From Acidobacteriota bacterium (GTDB lineage Bacteria; Acidobacteriota; Vicinamibacteria; Vicinamibacterales; UBA8438), in NCBI GenBank assembly GCA_009838525.1, contig VXRJ01000032.1, positions 65,186 through 129,185 on the forward strand: a DNA stretch of 64,000 bases, given 5' to 3'. The translations under genes and the position numbers were made by a program. The notes under the pieces are model-generated. The model had not been told where the DNA came from, searched no databases, and was given only the letters and a program-made list of their open reading frames with translations. Each line of letters opens with the position of its first letter. Position 1 is the stretch's first letter. Of the stretch, positions 16,433-25,835 are shown in pieces.

Positions 16433-18820
16433 TCACGCGATTACGGGTGCTGGATTCAGATCGGCTTCATCGAGAGGGCGCTCGCGGAAACCCAGGCTGA
16501 CCGGCACATCGTACAGGCGTCCTGGCGCGAATCTCGCCCAGAAATGACGCATGCCCGGCACGACGACCCGCACCACCGGCATGCCGATGTCGGGCCGTGT
16601 CTGGTCCAACACCAGGAACTCCATGCCCCGGGCCTCGACAAGCGCGCGGCAATGCTCCACGTCGTCACGCATGTCCGTCGATTCGATCACCGGAAACTGC
16701 GACGCCTCGCCGAGGGGTACGTCGGCCGCCGGAGCCAGCCAGGAGCAGTCGGCGAGTCGAGCGGTGCGCCACCACCAGAGCGCCATCGGATCGTCGATCA
16801 TGGGTCGCCCGTCCCTGTTTCCGGGACGTGGCAGCCAGGAAAGGCATTGGTTCAATTCGCAAACTGCGCGCAGCGCGGCGGTACGCGGGTCGGCGTGTGC
16901 GCCGGCGCCGTAGATGATGTCCTCGGTCTTCGCGTTGGGTGTGCGCGAGAGCGCGACGAAGGTGGGAATGCCGATGTCGGACGTGACGTCGAGCATCCAG
17001 AGATCCCGCTCGAAGCGGACGTAATAGTCCGCCGCGGAAGCAAGGTACTCGTCGTCGAAGCTGGCAAGATCGACCGCAGGCACTCGTAGCCGGTTGTACC
17101 ACCAGATACCGAACGCGTCGCGCTCGACGAGTTCGTAGAAACCCTGCAGGATGGCCTCTTCCACCGTATTGCCGGCGGCGCAGCCGTTGGAGTCGGCAAT
17201 CAGGTCGGAGGGGCCACGCTGCTCCGGCGCCATGCTGTAGAGCATTGACGTCGGTAGATAGCGATGCCGTCCTTGCGTCAGCGACCACACCGGTGTCCAG
17301 TCGATTTGGGCGTCGGGATCGAGACGCGCCGGGACAATGTTGTACGGGTGGCCCCTGGCGTTGATGCTCTTCGCGTTGTCAAGCTGGTCGTCGCTGAAGA
17401 GCTGAGCGTCGTTGGGATGGATCGCTTCGTCTCCGCTGGCCAGTTCCGCAAACGGCTTACGGAAACGGATCTCGTCGCCATGAAAGGCGCCCGAATAGCG
17501 CTCGACCGCCTCCGAGAGCGCGCTGACTTCGGATTGAGCGCGTGTGCTGCCCTTGCCGGCGCTCTTGCTGCGCAGGCTGCGCCTGAGCGAACTCAAGCTC
17601 CGGCTTCGCATGCCGAGATTGCTTCCCGCCCAATAGACGTGAAGCCAGGAATCCGTCTCGTCGGTCGTTCGTGCAAGCCAGGTCACGACACCGCTGATCG
17701 GGCTTACCAGGTGGCGGTACTTGGCCAAGGTAGCTTCCGGCGCCACGGTGCGCACGCCACCGCTGTTGAAATGCGCTTTGGGACTCGCCTTCAGAAACAG
17801 CGGGACCGGCGGTCGATCCGGCCGATGTAACGCTTCGTCGCCGCAGGCCGGGCATTGGGGCCGGCGCATTACCCGATGGCTGGAAGTCGCGAACGTGCCG
17901 ACGTTCATCGCGACCACCTGTTCGTGAAGCGGGGCCGACTCATCAAGCACCAGCCACTTGACGACCTCCGCTGCGATCAGCCCGTAGAGCGCCTCGAGAA
18001 CGATCGGATCCGCTGCGAACGGCTTGAACGCAGCCTCCTCTCCGGCAACCGCGCGGAGGAAATTATGGACTTCCTGATGGCTGCGCAGGCGGTAGGCCAG
18101 GCAGTCCCAGCAGGGTCCTTGCGCATCCGCGCAAAAGATGGGGCCGAACAGGGCCTCGATGCCGCGTGGCCGCACGAGCGTCCACGGCGCTCTCGCCTCG
18201 AGCTGGCGTCGATTCACTTCCGCAAGTCGCGATTCGAGATAGTCCTCGCAGACGAATACAGTGAGCTCGGGCGCCACAGTTCCCACCCTGGCGCCGGATT
18301 CTTCCAAACGCCGGATCAACGGGCCTTCGTCACCGTCAACCGCAACACAGGATTCCGCCAACCGTTGTTCGACCCAGCGCGGCGATGCGCCAAGCGACGA
18401 CCAGTAGGCCGCTCGGCGTGGGTCCATGCCGTGCTCGGCAGAGACGACGTAGCCCCTGGCAGCCAGTGAACCAAGGGCCGCAAGCACATCCGCGGCGGCA
18501 TGAGCGCCCGCAAGCGCCGCCACAATCTCGTCCTGTGCGTGGCGACCGTCGACCAGCGGCAGCAGTTCGCCATACAGCTTGCCGTGCAGCAAGGTATTGA
18601 ACGACTCCGCCACGAGCAGCGTCTGTTGTTCGCCGATGTCGCGGAATTGGAGGTGCGGCGCAAGCGTGGGAAGCTCGACGAGGCCCTGGTCCGCAGGAGT
18701 CGTTCTCGTCAGGATCCCGGGCCGGGGATTGGCGTCCTTCCGGGATTGCACCTCAGGTTTCCGCGCCGGATCAGCCGGCATCTTCCAGGGTCCCGACGAG
18801 ACGCTCGAGAGCTTCGACAC
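16433..18820 (-). CDS. Fused E1-like/YcaO cyclodehydratase (TOMM-type, azoline-forming)
   Basis: 795 aa. The N-terminal docking/E1-like part has two CxxC pairs ('GPCWDCLAY', 'QCPACGDE'). The YcaO domain has 'SNGCAAGNTVEEAILQGFYELVERDAFGIWWYN'. The C-terminal Pro-rich tail is 'DLNPAPVIA'. An alternative start is M14 at 18781. It overlaps the upstream gene end (18771). Confidence 0.9.
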   Translation of the reverse strand: MSKLSSVSSGPWKMPADPARKPEVQSRKDANPRPGILTRTTPADQGLVELPTLAPHLQFRDIGEQQTLLVAESFNTLLHGKLYGELLPLVDGRHAQDEIVAALAGAHAAADVLAALGSLAARGYVVSAEHGMDPRRAAYWSSLGASPRWVEQRLAESCVAVDGDEGPLIRRLEESGARVGTVAPELTVFVCEDYLESRLAEVNRRQLEARAPWTLVRPRGIEALFGPIFCADAQGPCWDCLAYRLRSHQEVHNFLRAVAGEEAAFKPFAADPIVLEALYGLIAAEVVKWLVLDESAPLHEQVVAMNVGTFATSSHRVMRRPQCPACGDEALHRPDRPPVPLFLKASPKAHFNSGGVRTVAPEATLAKYRHLVSPISGVVTWLARTTDETDSWLHVYWAGSNLGMRSRSLSSLRRSLRSKSAGKGSTRAQSEVSALSEAVERYSGAFHGDEIRFRKPFAELASGDEAIHPNDAQLFSDDQLDNAKSINARGHPYNIVPARLDPDAQIDWTPVWSLTQGRHRYLPTSMLYSMAPEQRGPSDLIADSNGCAAGNTVEEAILQGFYELVERDAFGIWWYNRLRVPAVDLASFDDEYLASAADYYVRFERDLWMLDVTSDIGIPTFVALSRTPNAKTEDIIYGAGAHADPRTAALRAVCELNQCLSWLPRPGNRDGRPMIDDPMALWWWRTARLADCSWLAPAADVPLGEASQFPVIESTDMRDDVEHCRALVEARGMEFLVLDQTRPDIGMPVVRVVVPGMRHFWARFAPGRLYDVPVSLGFRERPLDEADLNPAPVIA

Positions 18821-20078
18821 AAAACGCAGAGGTTACGGATTCAGAGCCATGCCCTATCTGGCCGACGGCGCCCCACTTCAGCGACTGGTCGCCAAACGCG
18901 AGAAGCTCCGGCCAGCTGCCATCCTCGTGTTGCGAACCCAGAATCCTCTCGATTTCGCGCTTCGCGTCGATGCGTTCAAGGCTGCCGACGTGGTAGAGGG
19001 CCGCCATTGCCTGAGCGGTCTGCAGGATGTTGCCGAATTCTCCCTCCGGGTCTCGCAAGCCAAGGATGCGATCCGCGAGGACCGGGCGCAGTCGACCAAG
19101 AGCGGGCTGCGCGCGGACCATGGCACGGGCCGTTGCGTAGTAGATAGCGATCTTGTCCGGATACCACTTGGACGAGCCATCGAGCCGGTCTTCAGTAATG
19201 GCGGATTCCAACCATCGTTGGGCATCCCTGGTCTCGGGGCGGTCGCCAAGGCAGGCGATGACGTTCGCATTGACTACGGGATCGGCCTCGATGCGGAAGC
19301 TCGCCACGACATCGGGTTCGTCTTCCGCCAGCACCCAGGTCATGAAACAACCCCTCTCGTCGCGATTCGCCAGTATTCGGGCAGCGTTCCTTCCCAACAG
19401 AATCCAGGGGTGAGTCCGGATGACAAGTGAACAGAGCGTCGTACTGTCAAGATCCTGGGGAAGATGGCGGTAGTAGCGCCAGAATCCCGGATGCTCCATC
19501 GTGTCGACAAGATACGCCCGGGTACTGGTGCAGATGGCCCGGGCTTGCGCTTCACTGCTACTTTCCAGGGCAAGTACGCAGAGAGCCGAAACAAACGGAG
19601 GCCTCTCGAAATGCCGTGGTATATCCGGGTCAGCGATATTGAACCGGATGCAATGCCAGGCCCCGCGCTCGTCGATGTTCGATTCGATGAAGGCGAGCCC
19701 TCGGCGGATGCTCTCTCGGCCTGCCCTCGCCACTGCCTCGGGGGTAAGGGAACTCAACCGGGGAACCGCCCGTTTCGGGGCGGGGGGCCGAAGCGGCGGA
19801 GCCGGATCGTGCATCGTCCTCTTGAGAAACTCGAGTGAGGCTGCACCGGTCCTCGCCGCTTCCCGTTCTTCCGCGCTGAACCTGCTTCGCGGCGGAAGCA
19901 CCAGATGCGTCGCGAAATCGGTTTCTTCGTGCACGTGGATTTCATGGCGGTCGTCGAGCGGCGAGCCAAGTTCCTGCTCTATCGCATCCCTGGGATTCGC
20001 GAGCAGGCGCGCGCGAAACCCGCTGTCTTTCCCGGCTCTCGCGAGAAGGCGTTCTGTCGCGTTGACGGGTTCCTTCAT
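18771..20078 (-). CDS. NHLP-leader-like domain fused to a prenyltransferase/squalene-cyclase-repeat (alpha/alpha toroid) domain
   Basis: 435 aa. Residues 8-78 align without gaps to residues 8-78 of the precursor (26/71 identical, hand count). After a Pro-rich linker come repeats 'DERGAWHC', 'DERGCFMTW', 'DPEGEFGN' and a QW-type motif 'ILGSQHEDGSW' (QxxxGxW), plus 'DLDSTT'. Confidence 0.75.
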   Translation of the reverse strand: MKEPVNATERLLARAGKDSGFRARLLANPRDAIEQELGSPLDDRHEIHVHEETDFATHLVLPPRSRFSAEEREAARTGAASLEFLKRTMHDPAPPLRPPAPKRAVPRLSSLTPEAVARAGRESIRRGLAFIESNIDERGAWHCIRFNIADPDIPRHFERPPFVSALCVLALESSSEAQARAICTSTRAYLVDTMEHPGFWRYYRHLPQDLDSTTLCSLVIRTHPWILLGRNAARILANRDERGCFMTWVLAEDEPDVVASFRIEADPVVNANVIACLGDRPETRDAQRWLESAITEDRLDGSSKWYPDKIAIYYATARAMVRAQPALGRLRPVLADRILGLRDPEGEFGNILQTAQAMAALYHVGSLERIDAKREIERILGSQHEDGSWPELLAFGDQSLKWGAVGQIGHGSESVTSAFCVEALERLVGTLEDAG

Positions 20079-20082
20079 GGGC

Positions 20083-23028
20083 TCAGGCTACTTGCCTCTT
20101 GACCAGCTCCTTGAACACCCCGTCAACCTCCATAAGTTCCTCGAAAGTACCGCTTTGCACGACCTTTCCGGCCTGCATCACGTAGATGCGGTCAGCCTGT
20201 TCCAGCGTCGACAGTCGATGGGCGATGACGATCCGGGTGGAGGTCAGGAGGGCCAGGTTCTGCATGACCTCGGCCTGGCTCTCGTTGTCGAGCCAGTTGG
20301 TTGCCTCGTCAAGCAGCATGATTCGCGGGGTGCCGATGAGAGCGCGGGCAATCGTGACGCGCTGACTCTCCCCGCCTGACACGACGGATCCGCTGGCGCC
20401 AACCATCGTCATCATGCCCATGGGCATGGCCTTGATTTCGCGTTCGATGCCAGCCGTCCGGGCCGATTGCCACACCTCCTCGGTAGTTGTTCCCTCGTGG
20501 TGCGCGACGATGTTGTCCCAGAGATCCTGGGGGTGGAGTCGCACCGACTGTGGAACCGCCCCGATCTTTCGGCGCACCTGCTTCAGGTTCAGGTGCTTCA
20601 AGTCACGGCCGTCGTAGTACACCGCACCGGCGGATGGCCGGTCGATTCCAAGTGCCAGGCGGAACAGGGTGCTCTTGCCGGCACCGGACTCGCCGGCGAT
20701 CGCGACGAACTCGCCGGGACGGGCCCGAATCGTGACGTCGTCGAGAATCAACGGGCCGTCGGAATCGTAGCGGAAGGAAATATGGTCGAACAGAATCTCG
20801 CCGCCCAGACGTTCGACAGGCGCCCCTTCGACCTCGATTTCCGGCGTTGCAGCAAGTATCGGGCGCATCTGATCGAACGCCGGCAGCAAGGCGGCAACGG
20901 TGCCCAAAGACCCGCCGAGCCGGGCGATGGCGTACTGGAACGCGATGAAGACGGTGTACACGACGAGAAAATCGCCGACCGGGACGTTCCGGTCGCCCAC
21001 CGTTACCACCGCGAACAACAGCACTCCACCGGCCAGAAAGGGGAGCGCGGCGCCGAGTGCCCGCGAATGTCCTTCGAGCGCGCCGAGTTCGAGCTCTGCG
21101 CGCTTCTGCTCACGATAGTCCCGTGCCCAGATGGCGAAAGCCGATCCCTCCGCGTTTTCGACGCGCAGCTTGGCGATACCCTCCACGATCTGGAACAGCC
21201 GGCCGGCGACGCGACGTGATGCGTTGATCATCCGCCCGGAAGGTGACATCTGGCGTAGCCCAATGGCTACGGTAATCAGCAGCGAAGCCAGGCTGAAAAG
21301 CAGAGCGATGACCCCGAGCGCGGCATCGTAGAAGAAGATGACGGCGAAAACGGGAAGTAGAAAAATGACCGAGAGCGCGCTGTCGACGACGACTCCCTGC
21401 AGGCCATCGCGCATATTCTGGAACGTCATTCCGGACATGGCGAGATCGCCGGCTGAATGGCGGTGCAGAATCCCTGACGGAAGGCGCATGAGGCGGTCCC
21501 AGAAGGCAGCTTCGACACGTGACGCCGAGCGCCCCTCGAGCCGCATCATCGCCGTGTTCTGCAGCAGGTGCAGCAACGCGCCGAGCAAGCCGAACGCCGC
21601 TAACGTCACGGCCACTGCGTAGAGCACTCCGGCGCTGCCGCCCGCTACGATGTGGTTCGCAACGAATCCCAGGGCGAGCGCCGGCAGCAGTTTGATCAGG
21701 CCGCCCGGAATGCCGGCAATTACCAGCCGCACGATATCCCCGGCCGATCCATGCAGGGCGATTCGCAGCAGGTCCGCCAGCTTCACGTTCTCCGAAGGCA
21801 ACGGCGGATAGAACATCCACGCATCCTGCTGCAACGCTCCGGCGCGATCCGCGGTCATCCGCACGCTGCGCTTGCTGGCCGGGTCCACCTCGCGGTAGCG
21901 CCCGAACATCCCTGGCAGCAGGGCCACGGGCCGGCCGTCGACGGCGCGAAAGGCCAGCAGTGCGTTGCTGTCGCCGCGCCACCAGTTGCCCTCGGCCCTG
22001 AATCGCACGCGCCTGGCGCGTACGCCTGACGCATCGAGAATGTCAACGAGGCCGACTGGAGCATCGGAAGGTACCGAGCGCGACGGAATCCGGAAGTCGA
22101 TTCCCTGATGCCGGCCGACGATTCTCAAGGCATCGGCAAGAGCCGTGTCCTCCAAATCGGCATCCCGTTCGATCGGCAGGTCGTAGATGTTGAACAGCCG
22201 CCGCCGGGCGGTCTTCTCGGCCGTGCGGTGGCTGGTCGTGCGCTCGCGGTCGAGACTCGCCTCGTCGACCACGGCCAATCGGCGGTTCAGGCGCTCCAGG
22301 GCGAAAGCAACGACGTGAAAGAAGGCAAGTGCCGGCAGCAAGGCGCCTTCCCGCGCCAGCGCTTCAGTTGACTTGGCCGACACCGTCGACTCGTCGAACA
22401 GCGTGAGCCAGCTTGTCCGCGTCAGTGGTATCACTGCGGCGCGCGGGCCGCTTGCCTCGTCGAGTTCCGCCTGGTCGAGCATGTCCATGAACAGGCTTGC
22501 CCCGAGGGACGGTTCCGATACCCAGACGACACCGCGCCGCGCGGATAGCGTGCCAGGACCCAGAGTGCGGGTCATACCGGGTTCGGCCAGCGTCGTCGGT
22601 CGCGGAGAACGACTTACGAATCGAGCAAGTGCATCAGTAATGTCGGTCAGCCAGGTATCGGTGTGTTCCGCCAGTTCTGCCGGATCAACCTTGGACAGCC
22701 GGGATGCCGGCAGGCGTTTCAGAAGCGTGCCTGGCGACCCTTTGGCAATCACCCGGAGCGAGGTGTCTTTGTCGTTGTTGTCTTGTTCGTCCGGTGCGAC
22801 GCCCGGCAGCAGCCAGCCGGACTCGCGGCGCAGCAGATGCTGCGGGGCTGCCTGCTCGACCCCGTCCTTGAATTCGATCAAGAACAGATCGACGGTGCCC
22901 TGATCAATGAACCAGGCGCTATCCGCATCGTCGAGATCCACGGGGAGGTTGCCGGCGCAGGGCACGGATGTGCCGGATCGGGCCGCGAGTTCGGCTATCG
23001 ACGTGTACCGCGTACTGGTGTCCTGCAT
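20083..23028 (-). CDS. NHLP-type bacteriocin export ABC transporter, permease/ATPase subunit with N-terminal cNMP-binding-like domain (TIGR03797-like)
   Basis: 981 aa. N-terminal 'FIDQGTVDLFLIEF' beta-roll-like region, a 6-TM ABC exporter core, Walker A 'GESGAGKST', signature 'VSGGESQRV' and Walker B 'IMLLDEAT'. It has a 1-nt overlap with the upstream ABC gene. Confidence 0.85.
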   Translation of the reverse strand: MQDTSTRYTSIAELAARSGTSVPCAGNLPVDLDDADSAWFIDQGTVDLFLIEFKDGVEQAAPQHLLRRESGWLLPGVAPDEQDNNDKDTSLRVIAKGSPGTLLKRLPASRLSKVDPAELAEHTDTWLTDITDALARFVSRSPRPTTLAEPGMTRTLGPGTLSARRGVVWVSEPSLGASLFMDMLDQAELDEASGPRAAVIPLTRTSWLTLFDESTVSAKSTEALAREGALLPALAFFHVVAFALERLNRRLAVVDEASLDRERTTSHRTAEKTARRRLFNIYDLPIERDADLEDTALADALRIVGRHQGIDFRIPSRSVPSDAPVGLVDILDASGVRARRVRFRAEGNWWRGDSNALLAFRAVDGRPVALLPGMFGRYREVDPASKRSVRMTADRAGALQQDAWMFYPPLPSENVKLADLLRIALHGSAGDIVRLVIAGIPGGLIKLLPALALGFVANHIVAGGSAGVLYAVAVTLAAFGLLGALLHLLQNTAMMRLEGRSASRVEAAFWDRLMRLPSGILHRHSAGDLAMSGMTFQNMRDGLQGVVVDSALSVIFLLPVFAVIFFYDAALGVIALLFSLASLLITVAIGLRQMSPSGRMINASRRVAGRLFQIVEGIAKLRVENAEGSAFAIWARDYREQKRAELELGALEGHSRALGAALPFLAGGVLLFAVVTVGDRNVPVGDFLVVYTVFIAFQYAIARLGGSLGTVAALLPAFDQMRPILAATPEIEVEGAPVERLGGEILFDHISFRYDSDGPLILDDVTIRARPGEFVAIAGESGAGKSTLFRLALGIDRPSAGAVYYDGRDLKHLNLKQVRRKIGAVPQSVRLHPQDLWDNIVAHHEGTTTEEVWQSARTAGIEREIKAMPMGMMTMVGASGSVVSGGESQRVTIARALIGTPRIMLLDEATNWLDNESQAEVMQNLALLTSTRIVIAHRLSTLEQADRIYVMQAGKVVQSGTFEELMEVDGVFKELVKRQVA

Positions 23029-25271
23029 CAGCCTGACTTGACCAGCTTGAAATACGTACCATCCTCGTCCGCAATCAACTCGTCGTGCGTGCCCCGCTGC
23101 ACTTCCACACCCTTGTCGAGCACGATGATCTCGTCACAATCCCGCACGGTGCTCAGCCTGTGAGCCACGATCAGGCAGGTGACGCCGCGACGCCGCAAGG
23201 CGTCATCGACATATTCCTCCGTTGCGGCATCGAGAGCGCTTGTCGCCTCGTCCAGAACGAGCACTGTCGGATTACCCACCAACGCGCGAGCGATTTCCAG
23301 CCGTTGACGCTGTCCGCCGCTGAAATTCGATCCGCCTTCCTGCACGAGAGTGGAATACCCCTGCGGCCTGAGGAGAATGTCGTCATGGATGCACGCATCG
23401 CGCGCCGCGGCGATGATGACTTCATCCGGAACGGCCCGGTTCCACATGGTGATGTTGTCGCGTACGGACGCGGAAAAGAGCACGACCTCCTGATCCACCA
23501 TGGAGATGGACCGCCGCAGCACTTCGTCGGGAATCTCGTCGCGCGGATGCTCATCCAGCAGGATATCGCCCGACCAGGGCCGATAGATGCCGGAAACCAG
23601 ATGCGCCAGTGTCGACTTGCCGGAACCGCTGGGACCGACCACCGCAACCCGCTGCCCCGGCTTGATCACGAGGTTGAAGTCCTTGATCAAGGGAGGCCGG
23701 CTCTTGTTGAAGCCAAAGGTGACGCCTCGCAATTCGAGCTGGCCGGCAAGCTGGAGCCGTCCGTTGAAGGTGGGAATCGACTCGGACTCCGAACTTCGGC
23801 GGCTGAAGACGGGATCTTCAGCGGTCCTGGAAACGTCTTCGAGTCGCTGTAAATCGGTTTCGAGCGCCTGGCGTTTGTCGACGAACTCCAGGAAGCGTCC
23901 GACAGGCGCCAGAAACAGCTCCGCCAGGATGTAGAACCCGACCAGAGCCCCCAGCGTCATGTCTCCGGCGATGACCATGCTTGCCCCGACGGCAAGAATC
24001 GACGCGCTGCGAAGTACGCTGATCAGGCCCGGAAGCGCAGCATTGACATGGCCGAGTTGCGAGTAGAGCTGGCGCGCGTGCAGTTCGCGCGCCTGCTGAC
24101 CGCTCCAACGCGAATAGAACCGGTCGTCCGATCCGGTCATGCGCAGGTTGTCCGCATGACTCAACATCTGCATGCCGACGCCAATCAGCAATCCCTGTTC
24201 GCGCCGCATCGCCTGGCTTCGAACCGCCCGGGGTGAGTGGAGGAAGTAGGCGAGCACTCCGTGCACGACGGCCAGCAGGAGCACGATCAGCGTCAGCGTG
24301 ACGTCGTAGGCCAACATCGCGACGAGTAGCACGACGCTCATCGCCATATCGACAATGAGCACAAGAAACTGGTCCGTCAGATTCTTCGCGATTCTGTCGA
24401 TGGAAGAGACCCGATCGGTCAAGTCGCCGACCAGCCTGTGGGCAAAGAACTCCACCGGCAGGCGAAGCAGCCGCGACAACCCCCGGTCGTAGCCAATCAC
24501 CGAAATTCGAATTGCGAGCCGCTGCAGGAATCGGTGCTTGAGCAGGGACAGGACGTATACGAGGATGCCGCCGCCGAGCAAGGCAGCCACCAATCCGCCC
24601 CAGGGCCCCTGGCCATCCAGAACATCATCCACGAAGACACTGAGGGTTACGGGAACGACGAGTGCCAGCAACGTCAGCATGAATGTGCAGGCAATCGTGC
24701 CGGTCAGAACACTCCATTCTCCGGCAAGCAGGGCGCTCAACTGCGCCAGCAGGCCGGCCTGCTCACCACCGGGCTTGAAATCGGGTCCGCGCTTGAATCG
24801 CAGCGCGATTCCGCTGAAGCCCTTGGTGAACTCCGCGGCGGATAGCCTCCGCCGCCCCGTGGCCGGATCATTGAGATAGAAGAACCGGCTATCAAGCCCT
24901 TCGACTACGACGAAGTGACTGAATTGCCAGAATACGATCAGCGGCAACTGCAGCTTCCGGAGTTGATGGGCTCGTACGCTGAGTCCGCTGCATTCGAGAC
25001 CATAGTGCCGGGCGGCGCGCACAATACTCGCCGCGCTACTGCCGTCCCGGCTCACCTCGCACTTGTCGCGTAATTCGGTGAGCGACACCCAGCGCCCGAA
25101 GTAGCCCAGTACGCTTCCGAGGCAGGCGGCGCCACATTCTGTCGCGTGCATCTGCAACAGAATCGGCGTGGTTACCCTTTGCGTCGAGGGCTCCGGCGCG
25201 GCCTTTCGGCTTGCCCGACTGAAGATGCCCAACAGCATCCGTGGTGAAACCCTGCGTAGCACCGAGAGCAC
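23028..25271 (-). CDS. NHLP-type bacteriocin export ABC transporter with N-terminal C39 peptidase domain (TIGR03796-like)
   Basis: 747 aa. C39 catalytic residues are in 'LLQMHATECGAACLGSVLGYFG' (Cys), 'FSHFVVVEG' (His) and 'LNDPATG' (Asp). Walker A 'GPSGSGKST', signature 'FSGGQRQRL', Walker B 'VLVLDEATS'. Confidence 0.9.
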   Translation of the reverse strand: MLSVLRRVSPRMLLGIFSRASRKAAPEPSTQRVTTPILLQMHATECGAACLGSVLGYFGRWVSLTELRDKCEVSRDGSSAASIVRAARHYGLECSGLSVRAHQLRKLQLPLIVFWQFSHFVVVEGLDSRFFYLNDPATGRRRLSAAEFTKGFSGIALRFKRGPDFKPGGEQAGLLAQLSALLAGEWSVLTGTIACTFMLTLLALVVPVTLSVFVDDVLDGQGPWGGLVAALLGGGILVYVLSLLKHRFLQRLAIRISVIGYDRGLSRLLRLPVEFFAHRLVGDLTDRVSSIDRIAKNLTDQFLVLIVDMAMSVVLLVAMLAYDVTLTLIVLLLAVVHGVLAYFLHSPRAVRSQAMRREQGLLIGVGMQMLSHADNLRMTGSDDRFYSRWSGQQARELHARQLYSQLGHVNAALPGLISVLRSASILAVGASMVIAGDMTLGALVGFYILAELFLAPVGRFLEFVDKRQALETDLQRLEDVSRTAEDPVFSRRSSESESIPTFNGRLQLAGQLELRGVTFGFNKSRPPLIKDFNLVIKPGQRVAVVGPSGSGKSTLAHLVSGIYRPWSGDILLDEHPRDEIPDEVLRRSISMVDQEVVLFSASVRDNITMWNRAVPDEVIIAAARDACIHDDILLRPQGYSTLVQEGGSNFSGGQRQRLEIARALVGNPTVLVLDEATSALDAATEEYVDDALRRRGVTCLIVAHRLSTVRDCDEIIVLDKGVEVQRGTHDELIADEDGTYFKLVKSG

Positions 25272-25277
25272 GGGCTG

Positions 25278-25835
25278 CTAGGACCGCGCCATTCCCAAGA
25301 ATGCGGCCGGAGACTGCCTGCCGAGTTCGATGACGACCCGGCATTCCCTGCCCGCAAGGTCAGCCAGGTCGATGCCTTCCTCGAGGGCGATACCGACGCG
25401 GTGCACGGACACCGGCGCCGCAGGCTCGAACTCCGCCAGTTCCTCGAACAAACGAACAGCGGCAATCGCCACGACCTCCCCGCCCCGTGTATCGGCTTCT
25501 CCGTCCGCCGTGGTCAGCTCGATCTCCGCTGGCATGCCGGTCTCGATGCGCGGGACGACGGTGCCCTCGATCCAGACGAGCACCTGCACGGACCGGCGCC
25601 CCCCGCTCGGGTCGCCGGCGGTGTCGATGAGCAAACCGTCGACCGCAATACTCCGGGCCACGCTGCCGAAGACGAGCCACGCCGCGAGGACGAACAGGAA
25701 CAGCGCAACGGCGACGACAAGCAGACGCTCCCGCGGCGTGGAAATCGTCAGCAGCCGGTCGAGTTGTTCACGCTCTTCCTTCGCTTCGGCGACAGTATCG
25801 TGAAATGAGTTGAATGGATTGTTGAACACGGCCAT
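25278..25835 (-). CDS. Short HlyD-like membrane-fusion protein (NHLM-system type, lacking the coiled-coil hairpin)
   Basis: 185 aa. The N-terminus 'LDRLLTISTPRERLLVVAVALFLFVLAAWLVFGSV' (cytoplasmic tail plus TM) and the beta-barrel-like 'IETGMPAEIELTT...GGEVVAIAAV' resemble the ends of HlyD-family proteins. It is the first gene of the operon, 6 nt upstream of the C39-ABC gene. Confidence 0.55.
   Translation of the reverse strand: MAVFNNPFNSFHDTVAEAKEEREQLDRLLTISTPRERLLVVAVALFLFVLAAWLVFGSVARSIAVDGLLIDTAGDPSGGRRSVQVLVWIEGTVVPRIETGMPAEIELTTADGEADTRGGEVVAIAAVRLFEELAEFEPAAPVSVHRVGIALEEGIDLADLAGRECRVVIELGRQSPAAFLGMARS

Noticed and set aside
18771-18820. 50-nt overlap between the leader-fusion gene and the cyclodehydratase gene, considered as a sign of frameshift or misassembly
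   Set aside because: Both reading frames carry intact family motifs up to their ends. An internal Met (18781) reduces the overlap to 11 nt. Short overlaps are normal for translationally coupled operons.
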